A stretch of DNA of 64,000 nt from the human T2T-CHM13v2.0 reference genome, Homo sapiens, in the NCBI RefSeq assembly GCF_009914755.1, contig NC_060944.1, one strand, 5' to 3'. Both the position numbers and the translations under genes were made by a program. Shown here piece by piece: positions 37,674 through 51,700 of this stretch. Below the pieces are notes generated by a model, which worked only from the letters and a program-made list of their open reading frames with translations, was not told where the DNA came from and did not search any database. The first letter of the stretch is position 1; each line of letters begins with the position of its first letter.

Positions 37674-40392
37674 CATTCTCAGAAACTTGTTTGTGATGTG
37701 TGCCCTCTACTGACAGTGTTGAACCTTTCTTTCCAAAGAGCAGTTTTGAAACACTCTTTTTGTAGAATCTGCAAGAGGATATTTGGATAGATTTGAGGAT
37801 TTCTTGGGAAACGGGAATGTCTTCAGATAAACTCTAGACAGAAGCATTCTCAGAAACTTCTTTGGGATGTTTCAATTGAAGTCACAGTGTTGAACATTCC
37901 CTTTCACAGAGCAGGTTTGAAACACTCTTTTTGTAGTGTCTATAAGTGAACATTTGGCGTGCTTTCAGGCCTAACGTGAAAAAGGAAATATCTTCACATA
38001 AAAACTAGACAGAAGCATTCTCAGAAACTTGTTTGTGATGTGTGCCCTCTACTGACAGAGTTGAACCTTTCCTTGCAAAGAGCAGCTTTGAAACACTCTT
38101 TTTGTAGAATCTGCAAGAGGATATTTGGATAGTTTTGAGGAATTCGTTGGAAACGGGTATGTCTTCCGATAAACTCTAGACAGAAGCATTCTCAGAAACT
38201 TCTTTGGGATGTTGCATTCAAGTCACAGAGTAGAACATTCCCATTCATAGAGCAGATTTGAAACACTCTTTTTGTAGTATCTGGAAGTGGACATTTGGAG
38301 CGCTTTCAGACCTATGTTGAAAAAGGAAATATCTTCCCATAAAAAGTAGACGGAAGCATTCTCAGAAACTTACTTGTGATGTGTTTGCTCAACTAACAGA
38401 ATTGAACCATCGTTTTGAAGGAGCAGTTTTGAAACACTGTTTTCGTGGAATCTGCAAGTGGATATTTGGCTAGCTTTGAGGATTTCGTTGGAAACGGGAT
38501 TACATATAAAAAGGAGACAGCAGCATTCTCAGAAACTTCTTTGTGATGTCTGCATTCAAGTCACAGAGTTGAGCATTCCCTTTTATAGAGCAGGTTGGAA
38601 ACACTCTCTTTGTAGTATCTGGATGAGGACATTTGGAGCGCTTTCAGGCGTATGGTGAAAAAGGAAATATCTTCCCGTAAAAACTAGACAGAAGCATTCT
38701 CAGAAATTTATTTGTGATGTGTGTCCTCAACTAACAGAGTTGAACCTTTCTTTTCATAGAGCAGTTTTGAAACACTCTTTTTGTAAAATCTGCAAGAGGA
38801 TATTTGGATAGCTTTGAGGATTTCGTTGCAAACGGGAATGGCTTCATATAAAGTCTAGACAGAAGCATTCTCAGAAACTTCGTTGGGATGTTTCGATTGA
38901 AGTCCCAGTGTTGAACATTCCCTTTCATAGAGCAGGTTGGAAACACTCTTTCTGCATTCCCTGGAAGTGGACATTTGGAGCGCTTTCCGGACGACGGTGA
39001 AAATGGAAATATCTTCCAATAAAATCTAGATAGAAGCAATGTCAGAAACCTTTCTGTGATGGATCTACTCAGCTAACAGAGTTGAACCTTTCTTTTGAGA
39101 GAGCAGTTTTGCAACACTCTTTTTGTGGAATATGCAAGTGGATATTAGGGCAGCTTTGAGGATTTCGTTGGAAACGGGAATACATGTAAAAAGCAGACAG
39201 CAGCATTCTCAGAAACTTCTTTGTGATGTTTGCATTGAAGTCACAGAGTTGAACATTCCCTTTGAGAGAGCAGGTTTGAAACACGCCTTTTGTCATATCT
39301 GGAAGTGTCCATTCGAAGCGCATTCAGGCTTGTGTTGAAAAAGGAAATATCCTCCCATAAAAACTAGACAGAAGCATTCTCAGAAACTTATTTGTGATGT
39401 ATGTACTCAACTAAGAGAACTAAACCATCGTTTTCAAGGAGCAGTTTTGAAACACTCTTTTTGCGGAATCTGCAAGTGGATATTTGGCTAGCTTGGAGGA
39501 TTTCGTTGGAAACGGGATTACATACAAAAAGCAGACAGCAGCATTCTCAGAAACTTCTTTGTGATGTTTGCATTCAAGTCGCAGAGTTGAACATTCCCTT
39601 TCATAGAGCAGGTTTGAAACACTCTTTTTGTAGTATCTGGATGTGGACATTTGGATCGCTTTCAGGCCCATGGTGAAAAAGGAAATATCTTCCCATGAAA
39701 ACTAGACAGAAGCATTCTCAGAAACTTATTTGTGATGTGTGCCCTCAACTGACAGTGTTGAACCTTTGTTTTGATAGAGCAGTTCTGAAACACACTTTTT
39801 GTAAAATCTGCAAGAGGATATTTGGATAGCTTTGAGGATTTCGTTGGAAACGGGAATGTCTTCATGTAAACTCTAGACAGAAGCATTCTCAGAAACTGCT
39901 TTGGGATGTTTCAATTGAAGTCCCAGTGTTGAACATTCCCTTTCATAGAGCAGGTTTGAAACACTCTTTTTGTAGTATCTGGAAGTGGACATTTGGAGCG
40001 CTTTCAGGTCTACGGTGAAAAAGGAGATATCTTCCAATAAAAACTAGATAGAAGCAATGTCAGAACTTTTTTCATGATGTATCTACTCAGCAAACAGAGT
40101 TGAACCTTTCTTTTGAGAGAGCAGTTTTGAAACACTCTTTTTGTGGAATATGCAAGTGGGTATTAGGCCAGCTTGGAGGATTTCGTTGGAAACGAGAATA
40201 CGTATAAAAAGCAGACAGCAGCATTGTCAGAAACTACTTTGTGATGTTTGCATTCAAGTCACAGAATTGAACACACCCTTTCACAGAGTAGGTTTGAAAC
40301 ACTCTTTTTGTAGTGCCTGAAAGTGAACATTTGGATTGCTTTCAGGCCTAAGGTGAAAAAGGAAATATCTTCCCATAAAAACTAGACAGAAG
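37674..40392 (+). repeat. Canonical-order 16-mer HOR (2719 bp) with many private substitutions
   Basis: M1-M16 occur in order. Confidence 0.92.
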
Positions 40393-42769
40393 CATTCTCA
40401 GAAACTTGTTTGTGATGTGTGCCCTCTACTGACAGAGTTGAACCTTTCTTTGCAAAGAGCAGCTTTGGAACACTCTTTTTGTAGAATCTGCAAGAGGATA
40501 TTTGGATAGCTTTGAGGATTTCGTTGGAAACGGGTATGTCTTCAGATAAACTCTAGACAGAAGCATTCTCAGAAACTTTTTTGGGATGTTGCATTCAAGT
40601 CACAGAGTAGAACATTCCCATTCATAGAGCAGATTTGAAACACTCTTTTTGTAGTATCTGGAAGTGGACATTTGGAGCGCTTTCAGGCCTATGTTGAAAA
40701 AGGAAATATCTTCCCATAAAAACTAGACGGAAGCATTCTCAGAAACTTACTTGTGATGTGTTTGCTCAACTAAAAGAATTGAACCATCGTTTTGAAGGAG
40801 CAGTTTTGAAACACTGTTTTCGTGGAATCTACAAGTTGATATTTGGCTAGCTTTGAGGATTTCGTTGGAAACGGGATTACATATAAAAAGGAGACAGCAG
40901 CATTCTCAGAAACTTCTTTGTGATGTCTGCATTCAAGTCACAGGGTTGAGCATTCCCTTTTATAGAGCAGGTTGGAAACACTCTCTTTGTAGTATCTGGA
41001 TGAGGACATTTGGAGCGCTTTCAGGCCTATGGTGAAAAAGGAAATATCTTCCCGTAAAAACTAGACAGAATCATTCTCAGAAATTTATTTCTGATGTGTG
41101 CCCTCAACTAACAGAGTTGAACCTTTCTTTTGATAGAGCAGTTTTGAAACACTCTTTTTGTAAAATCTGCAAGAGGATATTTGGATAGCTTTGAGGATTT
41201 CGTTGCAAACGGGAGTGGCTTCATATAAACTCTAGACAGAAGCATTCTCAGAAACTTCGTTGGGATGTTTCGATTGAAGTCCCAGTGTTGAACATTCCCT
41301 TTCATACAGCAGGTTGGAAACACTCTTTCTGCATTCCCTGGAAGTGGACATTTGGAGCGCTTTCAGGACGACGGTGAAAATGGAAATATCTTCCAAGAAA
41401 ATCTAGATAGAAGCAATGTCAGAAACTTTTCTGTGATGGATCTACTCAGCTAACAGAGTTGAACCTTTCTTTTGAGAGAGCAGTTTTGCAACACTCTTTT
41501 TGTGGAATATGCAAGTGGATATTAGGGCAGCTTTGAGGATTTCGTTGGAAACGGGAATACATGTAAAAAGCACACAGCAGCATTCTCAGAAACTTCTTTG
41601 TGATGTTTGCATTGATGTCACAGAGTTGAACATTCCCTTTGAGAGAGCAGGTTTGAAACACGCCTTTTGTCATATCTGGAAGTGTCCATTCGGAGCGCAT
41701 TCAGGCTTGTGTTGAAAACGGAAATATCCTCCCATAAAAACTAGACAGAAGCATTCTCAGAAACTTATTTGTGATGTATGTACTCAACTAACAGAACTAA
41801 ACAATCCTTTTGAAGGGGCAGTTTTGAAACACTCTTTTTGCGGAATCTGCAAGTGGATATTTGGCTAGCTTGGAGGATTTCGTTGGAAACGGGATTACAT
41901 ACAAAAAGCAGACAGCAGCATTCTCAGAAACTTCTTTGTGATGTTTGCATTCAAGTCGCAGAGTTGAACATTCCCTTTCATAGAGCAGGTTTGAAACACT
42001 CTTTTTGTAGTATCTGGATGTGGACATTTGGATCGCTTTCAGGCCTATGGTGAAAAAGGAAATATCTTCCCATGAAAACTAGACAGAAGCATTCTCAGAA
42101 ACTTATTTGTGATGTGTGCCCTCAACTGACAGTGTTGAACCTTTGTTTTGATAGAGCAGTTCTGAAACACACTTTTTGTAAAATCTGCAAGAGGATATTT
42201 GGATAGCTTTGAGGATTTCGTTGGAAAAGGGAATGTCTTCATGTAAACTCTAGACAGAAGCATTCTCAGAAACTGCTTTGGGATGTTTCAATTGAAGTCC
42301 CAGTGTTGAACATTCCCTTTCATAGAGCAGGTTTGAAACACTCTTTTTGTAGTATCTGGAAGTGGACATTTGGAGCGCTTTCAGGTCTATGGTGAAAAAG
42401 GAGATATCTTCCAATAAAAACTAGATAGAAGCAATGTCAGAACTTTTTTCATGATGTATCTACTCAGCAAACAGAGTTGAACCTTTCTTTTGACAGAGCA
42501 GTTTTGAAACACTCTTTTTGTGGAATATGCAAGTGGGTATTAGGCCAGCTTGGAGGATTTCGTTGGAAACGGGAATACGTATAAAAAGCAGACAGCAGCA
42601 TTGTCAGAAACTACTTTGTGATGTTTGCATTCAAGTCACAGAATTGAATACTCCCTTTCACAGAGCAGGTTTGAAACACTCTTTTTGTAGTGTCTGTAAG
42701 TGAACATTTGGATTGCTTTCAGGCCTAAGGTGAAAAAGGAAATATCTTCCCATAAAAACTAGACAGAAG
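40393..42769 (+). repeat. 14-mer HOR variant (M3-M16; 2377 bp)
   Basis: M16 is followed by an M3-type monomer with an intact box, then M4. Confidence 0.92.
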
Positions 42770-45700
42770 CATTCTCAGAAACTTGTTTGTGATGTGTGCC
42801 CTCTACTGACAGAGTTGAACCTTCCTTTGCAAAGAGCAGTTTTGAAACACTCTTTTTGTAGAATCTGCAAGAGGATATTTGGATAGCTTTGAGGATTTCT
42901 TGGGAAACGGGAATGTCTTCAGATAAACTCTAGACAGAAGCATTCTCAGAAACTTCTTTGGGATGTTTCAATTGAAGTCACAGTGTTTAACATTCCCTTT
43001 CACAGAGCAGGTTTGAAACACTCTTTTTGTAGTGTCTATAAGTGAACATTTGGCGTGCTTTCTGGCCTAACGTGAAAAAGGAAATATCTTCCCATAAAAA
43101 CTAGACAGAAGCATTCTCAGAAACTTGTTTGTGATGTGTGCCCTCTACTGACAGAGTTGAACCTTTCTTTGCAAAGAGCAGCTTTGAAACACTCTTTTTG
43201 TAGAATCTGCAAGAGGATATTTGGATAGCTTTGAGGATTTCGTTGGAAACGGGTATGTCTTCGGATAAACTCTAGACAGAAGCATTCTCAGAAACTTCTT
43301 TGGGATGTTGCATTCAAGTCACAGAGTAGAACATTCCCATTCATAGAGCAGATTTGAAACACTCTTTTTGTAGTATCTGGAAGTGGACATTTGGAGCGCT
43401 TTCAGGCCTATGTTGAAAAAGGAAATATCTTCCCATAAAAACTAGACGGAAGCATTCTCAGAAACTTACTTGTGATGTGTTTGCTCAACTAACAGAATTG
43501 AACCATCGTTTTGAAGGAGCAGTTTTGAAACACTGTTTTCGTGGAATCTGCAAGTGGATATTTGGCTGGCTTTGAGGATTTCGTTGGAAACGGGATTACC
43601 TATAAAAAGGAGACAGCAGCATTCTCAGAAACTTCTTTGTGATGTCTGCATTCAAGTCACAGAGTTGAGCATTCCCTTTCATAGAGCAGGTTTGAAACAC
43701 TCTTTTTGTAGTATCTGGATGAGGACATTGGGAGCGCTTTCAGGCGTATGGTGAAAAAGGAAATATCTTCCCGTAAAAACTAGACAGAAGCATTCTCAGA
43801 AATATATTTGTGATGTGTGCCCTCAACTAACAGAGTTGAACCTTTCTTTTGATAGAGCAGTTTTGAAACACTCTTTTTGTAAAATCTGCAAGAGGATATT
43901 TGGATAGCTTTGAGGATTTCGTTGCAAACGGGAATGGCTTCATATAAACTCTAGACAGAAGCATTCTCAGAAACTTCGTTGGGATGTTTCGATTGAAGTC
44001 CCAGTGTTGAACATTCCCTTTTATAGAGCAGGTTGGAAACACTCTTTTTGCATTCCCTGGATGTGGACATTAGGAGCGCTTTCAGGACGACGGTGAAAAT
44101 GGAAATATCTTCCAATAAAATCTAGATAGAAGCAATGTCAGAAACTTTTATGTGATGGATCTACTCAGCTAACAGAGTTGAAGCTTTCTTTTGAGAGAGC
44201 AGTTTTGCAACACTCTTTTTGTGGAATATGCAAGTGGATATTAGGGCAGCTTTGAGGATTTCGTTGGAAACGGGAATACATGTAAAAAGCAGACAGCAGC
44301 ATTCTCAGAAACTTCTTTGTGATGTTTGCATTGAAGTCACAGAGTTGAACATTCCCTTTGAGAGAGCAGGTTTGAAACACGCCTTTTGTCATATCTGGAA
44401 GTGTCCATTCGGAGCGCATTCAGGCTTGTGTTGAAAAAGGAAATATCCTCCCATAAAAACTAGACAGAAGCATTCTCAGAAACTTATTTGTGATGTATGT
44501 ACTCAACTAACAGAACTAAACCATCGTTTTGAAGGAGCAGTTTTGAAACACCCTTTTTGCGGAATCTGCAACTGGATATTTGGCTAGCTTGGAGGATTTC
44601 GTTGGAAACGGGATTACATACAAAAAGCAGACAGCAGCATTCTCAGAAACTTCTTTGTGATGTTTGCATTCAAGTCGCAGAGTTGAACATTCCCTTTCAT
44701 AGAGCAGGTTTGAAACACTCTTTTTGTAGTATCTGGATGTGGACATTTGGATCGCTTTCAGGCCTATGGTGAAAAAGGAAATATCTTCCCATGAAAACTA
44801 GACAGAAGCATTCTCAGAAACTTATTTGTGATGTGTGCCCTCAACTGACAGTGTTGAACCTTTGTTTTGATAGAGCAGTTCTGAAACACACTTTTTGTAA
44901 AATCTGCAAGAGGATATTTGGATAGCTTTGAGGATTTCGTTGGAAACGGGAATGTCTTCATGTAAACTCTAGACAGAAGCATTCTCAGAAACTGCTTTGG
45001 GATGTTTCAATTGAAGTCCCAGTGTTGAACATTCCCTTTCATAGAGCCGGTTTGAAACACTCTTTTTGTAGTATCTGGAAGTGGACATTTGCAGCGCTTT
45101 CAGGTCTACGGTTAAAAAGGAGATATCTTCCAATAAAAACTAGATAGAAGCAATGTCAGAACTTTTTTCATGATGTATCTACTCAGCAAACAGAGTTGAA
45201 CCTTTCTTTTGAGAGAGCAGTTTTGAAACACTCTTTTTGTGGAATATGCAAGTGGGTATTAGGCCAGCTTGGAGGATTTCGTTGGAAACGGGAATACGTA
45301 TAAAAAGCAGACAGCAGCATTGTCAGAAACTACTTTGTGATGTTTGCATTCAAGTCACAGAATTGAACACTCCCTTTCACACAGCAGGTTTGAAACACTC
45401 TTTTTGTAGTGTCTGTAAGTGAACATTTGGATTGCTTTCAGGCCTAAGGTGAAAAAGGAAATATCTTCCCATAAAAACTAGACAGAAGCATTCTCAGAAA
45501 CTTGTTTGTGATGTGTGCCCTCTACTGACAGAGTTGAAGCTTTCTTTGCAAAGAGCAGTTTTGAAACACTCTTTTTGTAGAATCTGCAAGAGGATATTTG
45601 GATAGCTTTGAGGATTTCTTGGGAAACGGGAATGTCTTCAGATAAACTCTAGACAGAAGCATTCTCAGAAACTTCTTTGGGATGTTTCAATTGAAGTCAC

Positions 45701-48700
45701 AGTGTTGAACATTCCCTTTCACAGAGCAGGTTTGAAACACTCTTTTTGTAGTGTCTATAAGTGAACATTTGGCGTGCTTTCAGGCCTAACGTGAAAAAGG
45801 AAATATCTTCCCATAAAAACTAGACAGAAGCATTCTCAGAAACTTGTTTGTGATGTGTGCCCTCTACTGACAGAGTTGAACCTTTCTTTGCAAAGAGCAG
45901 CTTTGAAACACTCTTTTTGTAGAATCTGCAAGAGGATATTTGGATAGCTTTGAGGATTTCGTTGGAAACGGGTATGTCTTCAGATAAACTCTAGACAGAA
46001 GCATTCTCAGAAACTTCTTTGGGATGTTGCATTCAAGTCACAGAGTAGAACATTCCCATTCATAGAGCAGATTTGAAACACTCTTTTTGTAGTATCTGGA
46101 AGTGGACATTTGGAGCGCTTTCAGGCCTATGTTGAAAAAGGAAATATCTTCCCATAAAAACCAGACGGAAGCATTTTCAGAAACTTACTTCTGATGTGTT
46201 TGCTCAACTAACAGAATTGAACCATCGTTTTGAAGGAGCAGTTTTGAAACACTGTTTTCGTGGAATCTGCAAGTGGATATTTGGCTAGCTTTGAGGATTT
46301 CGTTGGAAACGGGATTACCTATAAAAAGGAGACAGCAGCAGCATTCTCAGAAACTTCTTTGTGATGTCTGCATTCAAGTCACAGAGTTGAGCATTCCCTT
46401 TCATAGAGCAGGTTGGAAACACTCTTTTTGTAGTATCTGGATTAGGACATTTGGAGCGCTTTCAGGCGTATGGTGAAAAAGGAAATATCTTCCCGTAAAA
46501 ACTAGACAGAAGCATTCTCAGAAATTTATTTGTGATGTGTGCCCTCAACTAACAGAGTTGAACCTTTCTTTTGATAGAGCAGTTTTGAAACACTCTTTTT
46601 GTAAAATCTGCAAGAGGATATTTGGATAGCTTTGAGGATTTCGTTGCAAACGGGAATGGCTTCATATAAACTCTAGACAGAAGCATTCTCAGAAACTTCG
46701 TTGGGATGTTTCGATTGAAGTCCCAGTGTTGAACATTCCCTTTTATAGAGCAGGTTGGAAACACTCTTTTTGCATTCCCTGGATGTGGACATTTGGAGCG
46801 CTTTCAGGACGACGGTGTAAATGGAAATATCTTCCAATAAAATCTAGATAGAAGCAATGTCAGAAACTTTTATGTGATGGATCTACTCAGCTAACAGAGT
46901 TGAAGCTTTCTTTTGAGAGAGCAGTTTTGCAACACTCTTTTTGTGGAATATGCAAATGGATATTAGGGCAGTTTTGAGGATTTCGTTGGAAACGGGAATA
47001 CATGTAAAAAGCAGACAGCAGCATTCTCAGAAACTTCTTTGTGATGTTTGCATTGAAGTCACAGAGTTGAACATTCCCTTTGAGAGAGCAGGTTTGAAAC
47101 ACGCCTTTTGTCATATCTGGAAGTGTCCATTCGGAGCGCATTCAGGCTTGTGTTGAAAAAGGAAATATCCTCCCATAAAAACTAGACAGAAGCATTCTCA
47201 GAAACTTATTTGTGATGTATGTACTCAACTAACAGAACTAAAGCATCGTTTTGAAGGAGCAGTTTTGAAACACCCTTTTTGCGGAATCTGCAACTGGATA
47301 TTTGGCTAGCTTGGAGGATTTCGGTGGAAACGGGATTACATACAAAAAGCAGACAGCAGCATTCTCAGAAACTTCTTTGTGATGTTTGCATTCAAGTCGC
47401 AGAGTTGAACATTCCCTTTCATAGAGCAGGTTTGAAACACTCTTTTTGTAGTATCTGGATGTGGACATTTGGATCGCTTTCAGGCCTATGGTGAAAAAGG
47501 AAATATCTTCCCATGAAAACTAGACAGAAGCATTCTCAGAAACTTATTTGTGATGTGTGCCCTCAACTGACAGTGTTGAACCTTTGTTTTGATAGAGCAG
47601 TTCTGAAACACACTTTTTGTAAAATCTGCAAGAGGATATTTGGATAGCTTTGAGGATTTCGTTGGAAACGGGAATGTCTTCATGTAAACTCTAGACAGAA
47701 GCATTCTCAGAAACTGCTTTGGGATGTTTCAATTGAAGTCCCAGTGTTGAACATTCCCTTTCATAGAGCAGATTTGAAACACTCTTTTTGTAGTATCTGG
47801 AAGTGGACATTTGCAGCGCTTTCAGGTCTACGGTTAAAAAGGAGATATCTTCCAATAAAAACTAGATAGAAGCAATGTCAGAACTTTTTTCATGATGTAT
47901 CTACTCAGCAAACAGAGTTGAACCTTTCTTTTGAGAGAGCAGTTTTGAAACACTCTTTTTGTGGAATATGCAAGTGGGTATTAGGCCAGCTTGGAGGATT
48001 TCGTTGGAAACGGGAATACGTATAAAAAGCAGACAGCAGCATTGTCAGAAACTACTTTGTGATGTTTGCATTCAAGTCACAGAATTGAACACTCCCTTTC
48101 ACAGAGCAGGTTTGAAACACTCTTTTTGTAGTGTCTGTAAGTGAACATTTGGATTGCTTTCAGGCCTAAGGTGAAAAAGGAAATATCTTCCCATAAAAAC
48201 TAGACAGAAGCATTCTCAGAAACTTGTTTGTGATGTGTGCCCTCTACTGACAGAGTTGAACCTTTCTTTGCAAAGAGCAGTTTTGAAACACTCTTTTTGT
48301 AGAATCTGCAAGAGGATATTTGGATAGCTTTGAGGATTTCTTGGGAAACGGGAATGTCTTCAGATAAACTCTAGACAGAAGCATTCTCAGAAACTTCTTT
48401 GGGATGTTTCAATTGAAGTCACAGTGTTGAACATTCCCTTTCACAGAGCAGGTTTGAAACACTCTTTTTGTAGTGTCTATAAGTGAACATTTGGCGTGCT
48501 TTCAGGCCTAACGTGAAAAAGGAAATATCTTCCCATAAAAACTAGACAGAAGCATTCTCAGAAACTTGTTTGTGATGTGTGCCCTCTACTGACAGAGTTG
48601 AACCTTTCTTTGCAAAGAGCAGCTTTGAAACACTCTTTTTGTAGAATCTGCAAGAGGATATTTGGATAGCTTTGAGGATTTCGTTGGAAACGGGTATGTC

Positions 48701-51700
48701 TTCAGATAAACTCTAGACAGAAGCATTCTCAGAAACTTCTTTGGGATGTTGCATTCAAGTCACAGAGTAGAACATTCCCATTCATAGAGCAGATTTGAAA
48801 CACTCTTTTTGTAGTATCTGGAAGTGGACATTTGGAGCGCTTTCAGGCCTATGTTGAAAAAGGAAATATCTTCCCATAAAAACCAGACGGAAGCATTTTC
48901 AGAAACTTACTTCTGATGTGTTTGCTCAACTAACAGAATTGAACCATCGTTTTGAAGGAGCAGTTTTGAAACACTGTTTTCGTGGAATCTGCAAGTGGAT
49001 ATTTGGCTAGCTTTGAGGATTTCGTTGGAAACGGGATTACCTATAAAAAGGAGACAGCAGCAGCATTCTCAGAAACTTCTTTGTGATGTCTGCATTCAAG
49101 TCACAGAGTTGAGCATTCCCTTTCATAGAGCAGGTTGGAAACACTCTTTTTGTAGTATCTGGATTAGGACATTTGGAGCGCTTTCAGGCGTATGGTGAAA
49201 AAGGAAATATCTTCCCGTAAAAACTAGACAGAAGCATTCTCAGAAATTTATTTGTGATGTGTGCCCTCAACTAACAGAGTTGAACCTTTCTTTTGATAGA
49301 GCAGTTTTGAAACACTCTTTTTGTAAAATCTGCAACAGGATATTTGGATAGATTTGAGGATTTCGTTGCAAACGGGAATGGCTTCATATAAACTCTAGAC
49401 AGAAGCATTCTCAGAAACTTCGTTGGGATGTTTCGATTGAAGTCCCAGTGTTGAACATTCCCTTTTATAGAGCAGGTTGGAAACACACTTTTTGCATTCT
49501 CTGGAAGTGGACATTTGGAGCGCATTCAGGACGACGGTGAAAATGGAAATATCTTCCAATAAAATCTAGATAGAAGCAATGTCAGAAACTTTTATGTGAT
49601 GGATCTACTCAGCTAACAGAGTTGAAGCTTTCTTTTGAGAGAGCAGTTTTGCAACACTCTTTTTGTGGAATATGCAAGTGGATATTAGGGCAGCTTTGAG
49701 GATTTCGTTGGAAACGGGAATACATGTAAAAAGCAGACAGCAGCATTCTCAGAAACTTCTTTGTGATGTTTTCATTGAAGTCACAGAGTTGAACATTCCC
49801 TTTGAGAGAGCAGGTTTGAAACACGCCTTTTGTCATATCTGGAAGTGTCCATTCGGAGCGCATTCAGGCTTGTGTTGAAAAAGGAAATATCCTCCCATAA
49901 AAACTAGACAGAAGCATTCTCAGAAACTTATTTGTGATGTATGTACTCAACTAACAGAACTAAACCATCGTTTTGAAGGAGCAGTTTTGAAACACTCTTT
50001 CTGCGGAATCTGCAACTGGATATTTGGCTAGCTTGGAGGATTTCGTTGGAAACGGGATTACATACAAAAAGCAGACAGCAGCATTCTCAGAAACTTCTGT
50101 GTGATGTTTGCATTCAAGTCGCAGAGTTGAACATTCCCTTTCATAGAGCAGGTTTGAAACACTCTTTTTGTAGTATCTGGATGTGGACATTTGGATCGCT
50201 TTCAGGCCTATGGTGAAAAAGGAAATATCTTCCCATGAAAACTAGACAGAAGCATTCTCAGAAACTTATTTGTGATGTGTGCCCTCAACTGACAGTGTTG
50301 AACCTTTGTTTTGATAGAGCAGTTCTGAAACACACTTTTTTAAAATCTGCAAGAGGATATATGGATAGCTTTGAGGATTTCGTTGGAAACGGGAATGTCT
50401 TCATGTAAACTCTAGACAGAAGCATTCTCAGAAACTGCTTTGGGATGTTTCAATTGAAGTCCCAGTGTTGAACATTCCCTTTCATAGAGCCGGTTTGAAA
50501 CACTCTTTTTGTACTATCTGGAAGTGGACATTTGCAGCGCTTTCAGGTCTACGGTGAAAAAGGACATATCTTCCAATAAAAACTAGATAGAAGCAATGTC
50601 AGAACATTTTTCATGATGTATCTACTCAGCAAACAGACTTGAACCTTTCTTTTGAGAGAGCAGTTTTGAAACACTCTTTTTTTGGAATATGCAAGTGGGT
50701 ATTAGGCCAGCTTGGAGGATTTCGTTGGAAACGGGAATACGTATAAAAAGCAGACAGCAGCATTGTCAGAAACTACTTTGTGATGTTTGCATTCAAGTCA
50801 CAGAATTGAACACTCCCTTTCACAGAGCAGGTTTGAAACACTCTTTTTGTAGTGTCTGTAAGTGAACATTTGGATTGCTTTCAGGCCTAAGGTGAAAAAG
50901 GAAATATCTTCCCATAAAAACTAGACAGAAGCATTCTCAGAAACTTGTTTGTGATGTGTGCCCTCTACTGACAGAGTTGAACCTTTCTTTGCAAAGAGCA
51001 GTTTTGAAACACCCTTTTTGTAGAATCTGCAAGAGGATATTTGGATAGCTTTGAGGATTTCTTGGGAAATGGGAATGTCTTCAGATAAACTCTAGACAGA
51101 AGCATTCTCAGAAACTTCTTTGGGATGTTTCAATTGAAGTCACAGTGTTGAACATTCCCTTTCACAGAGCAGGTTTGAAACACTGTTTTTGTAGTGTCTA
51201 TAAGTGAACATTTGGCGTGCTTTCAGGCCTAACGTGAAAAAGGAAATATCTTCCCATAAGAACTAGACAGAAGCATTCTCAGAAACTTGTTTGTGATGTG
51301 TGCCCTCTACTGACAGAGTTGAACCTTTCCTTGCAAAGAGCAGCTTTGACACACTCTTTTTGTAGAATCTGCAAGAGGCTATTTGGATAGCTTTGAGGAT
51401 TTCGTTGGAAACGGGTATGTCTTCAGATAAACCCTAGACAGAAGCATTCTCAGAAACTTCTTTGGGATGTTGCATTCAAGTCACAGAGTAGAACATTCCC
51501 ATTCATAGAGCAGATTTGAAATACTCTTTTTGTAGTATCTGAAAGTGGACATTTGGAGCTCTTTCAGGCCTATGATGAAAAAGGAAATATCTTCCCATAA
51601 AAACTAGACGGAAGCATTCTCAGAAACTTACTTGTGATGTGTTTGCTCAACTAACAGAATTGAACCATCGTTTTGAAGGAGCAGTTTTGAAACACTGTTT

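Noticed and set aside
46333-46341. Polyglutamine-type repeat expansion (RRQQQH in the ORF track)
   Set aside because: This is only three CAG units in non-coding satellite. It is kept solely as a lineage marker.
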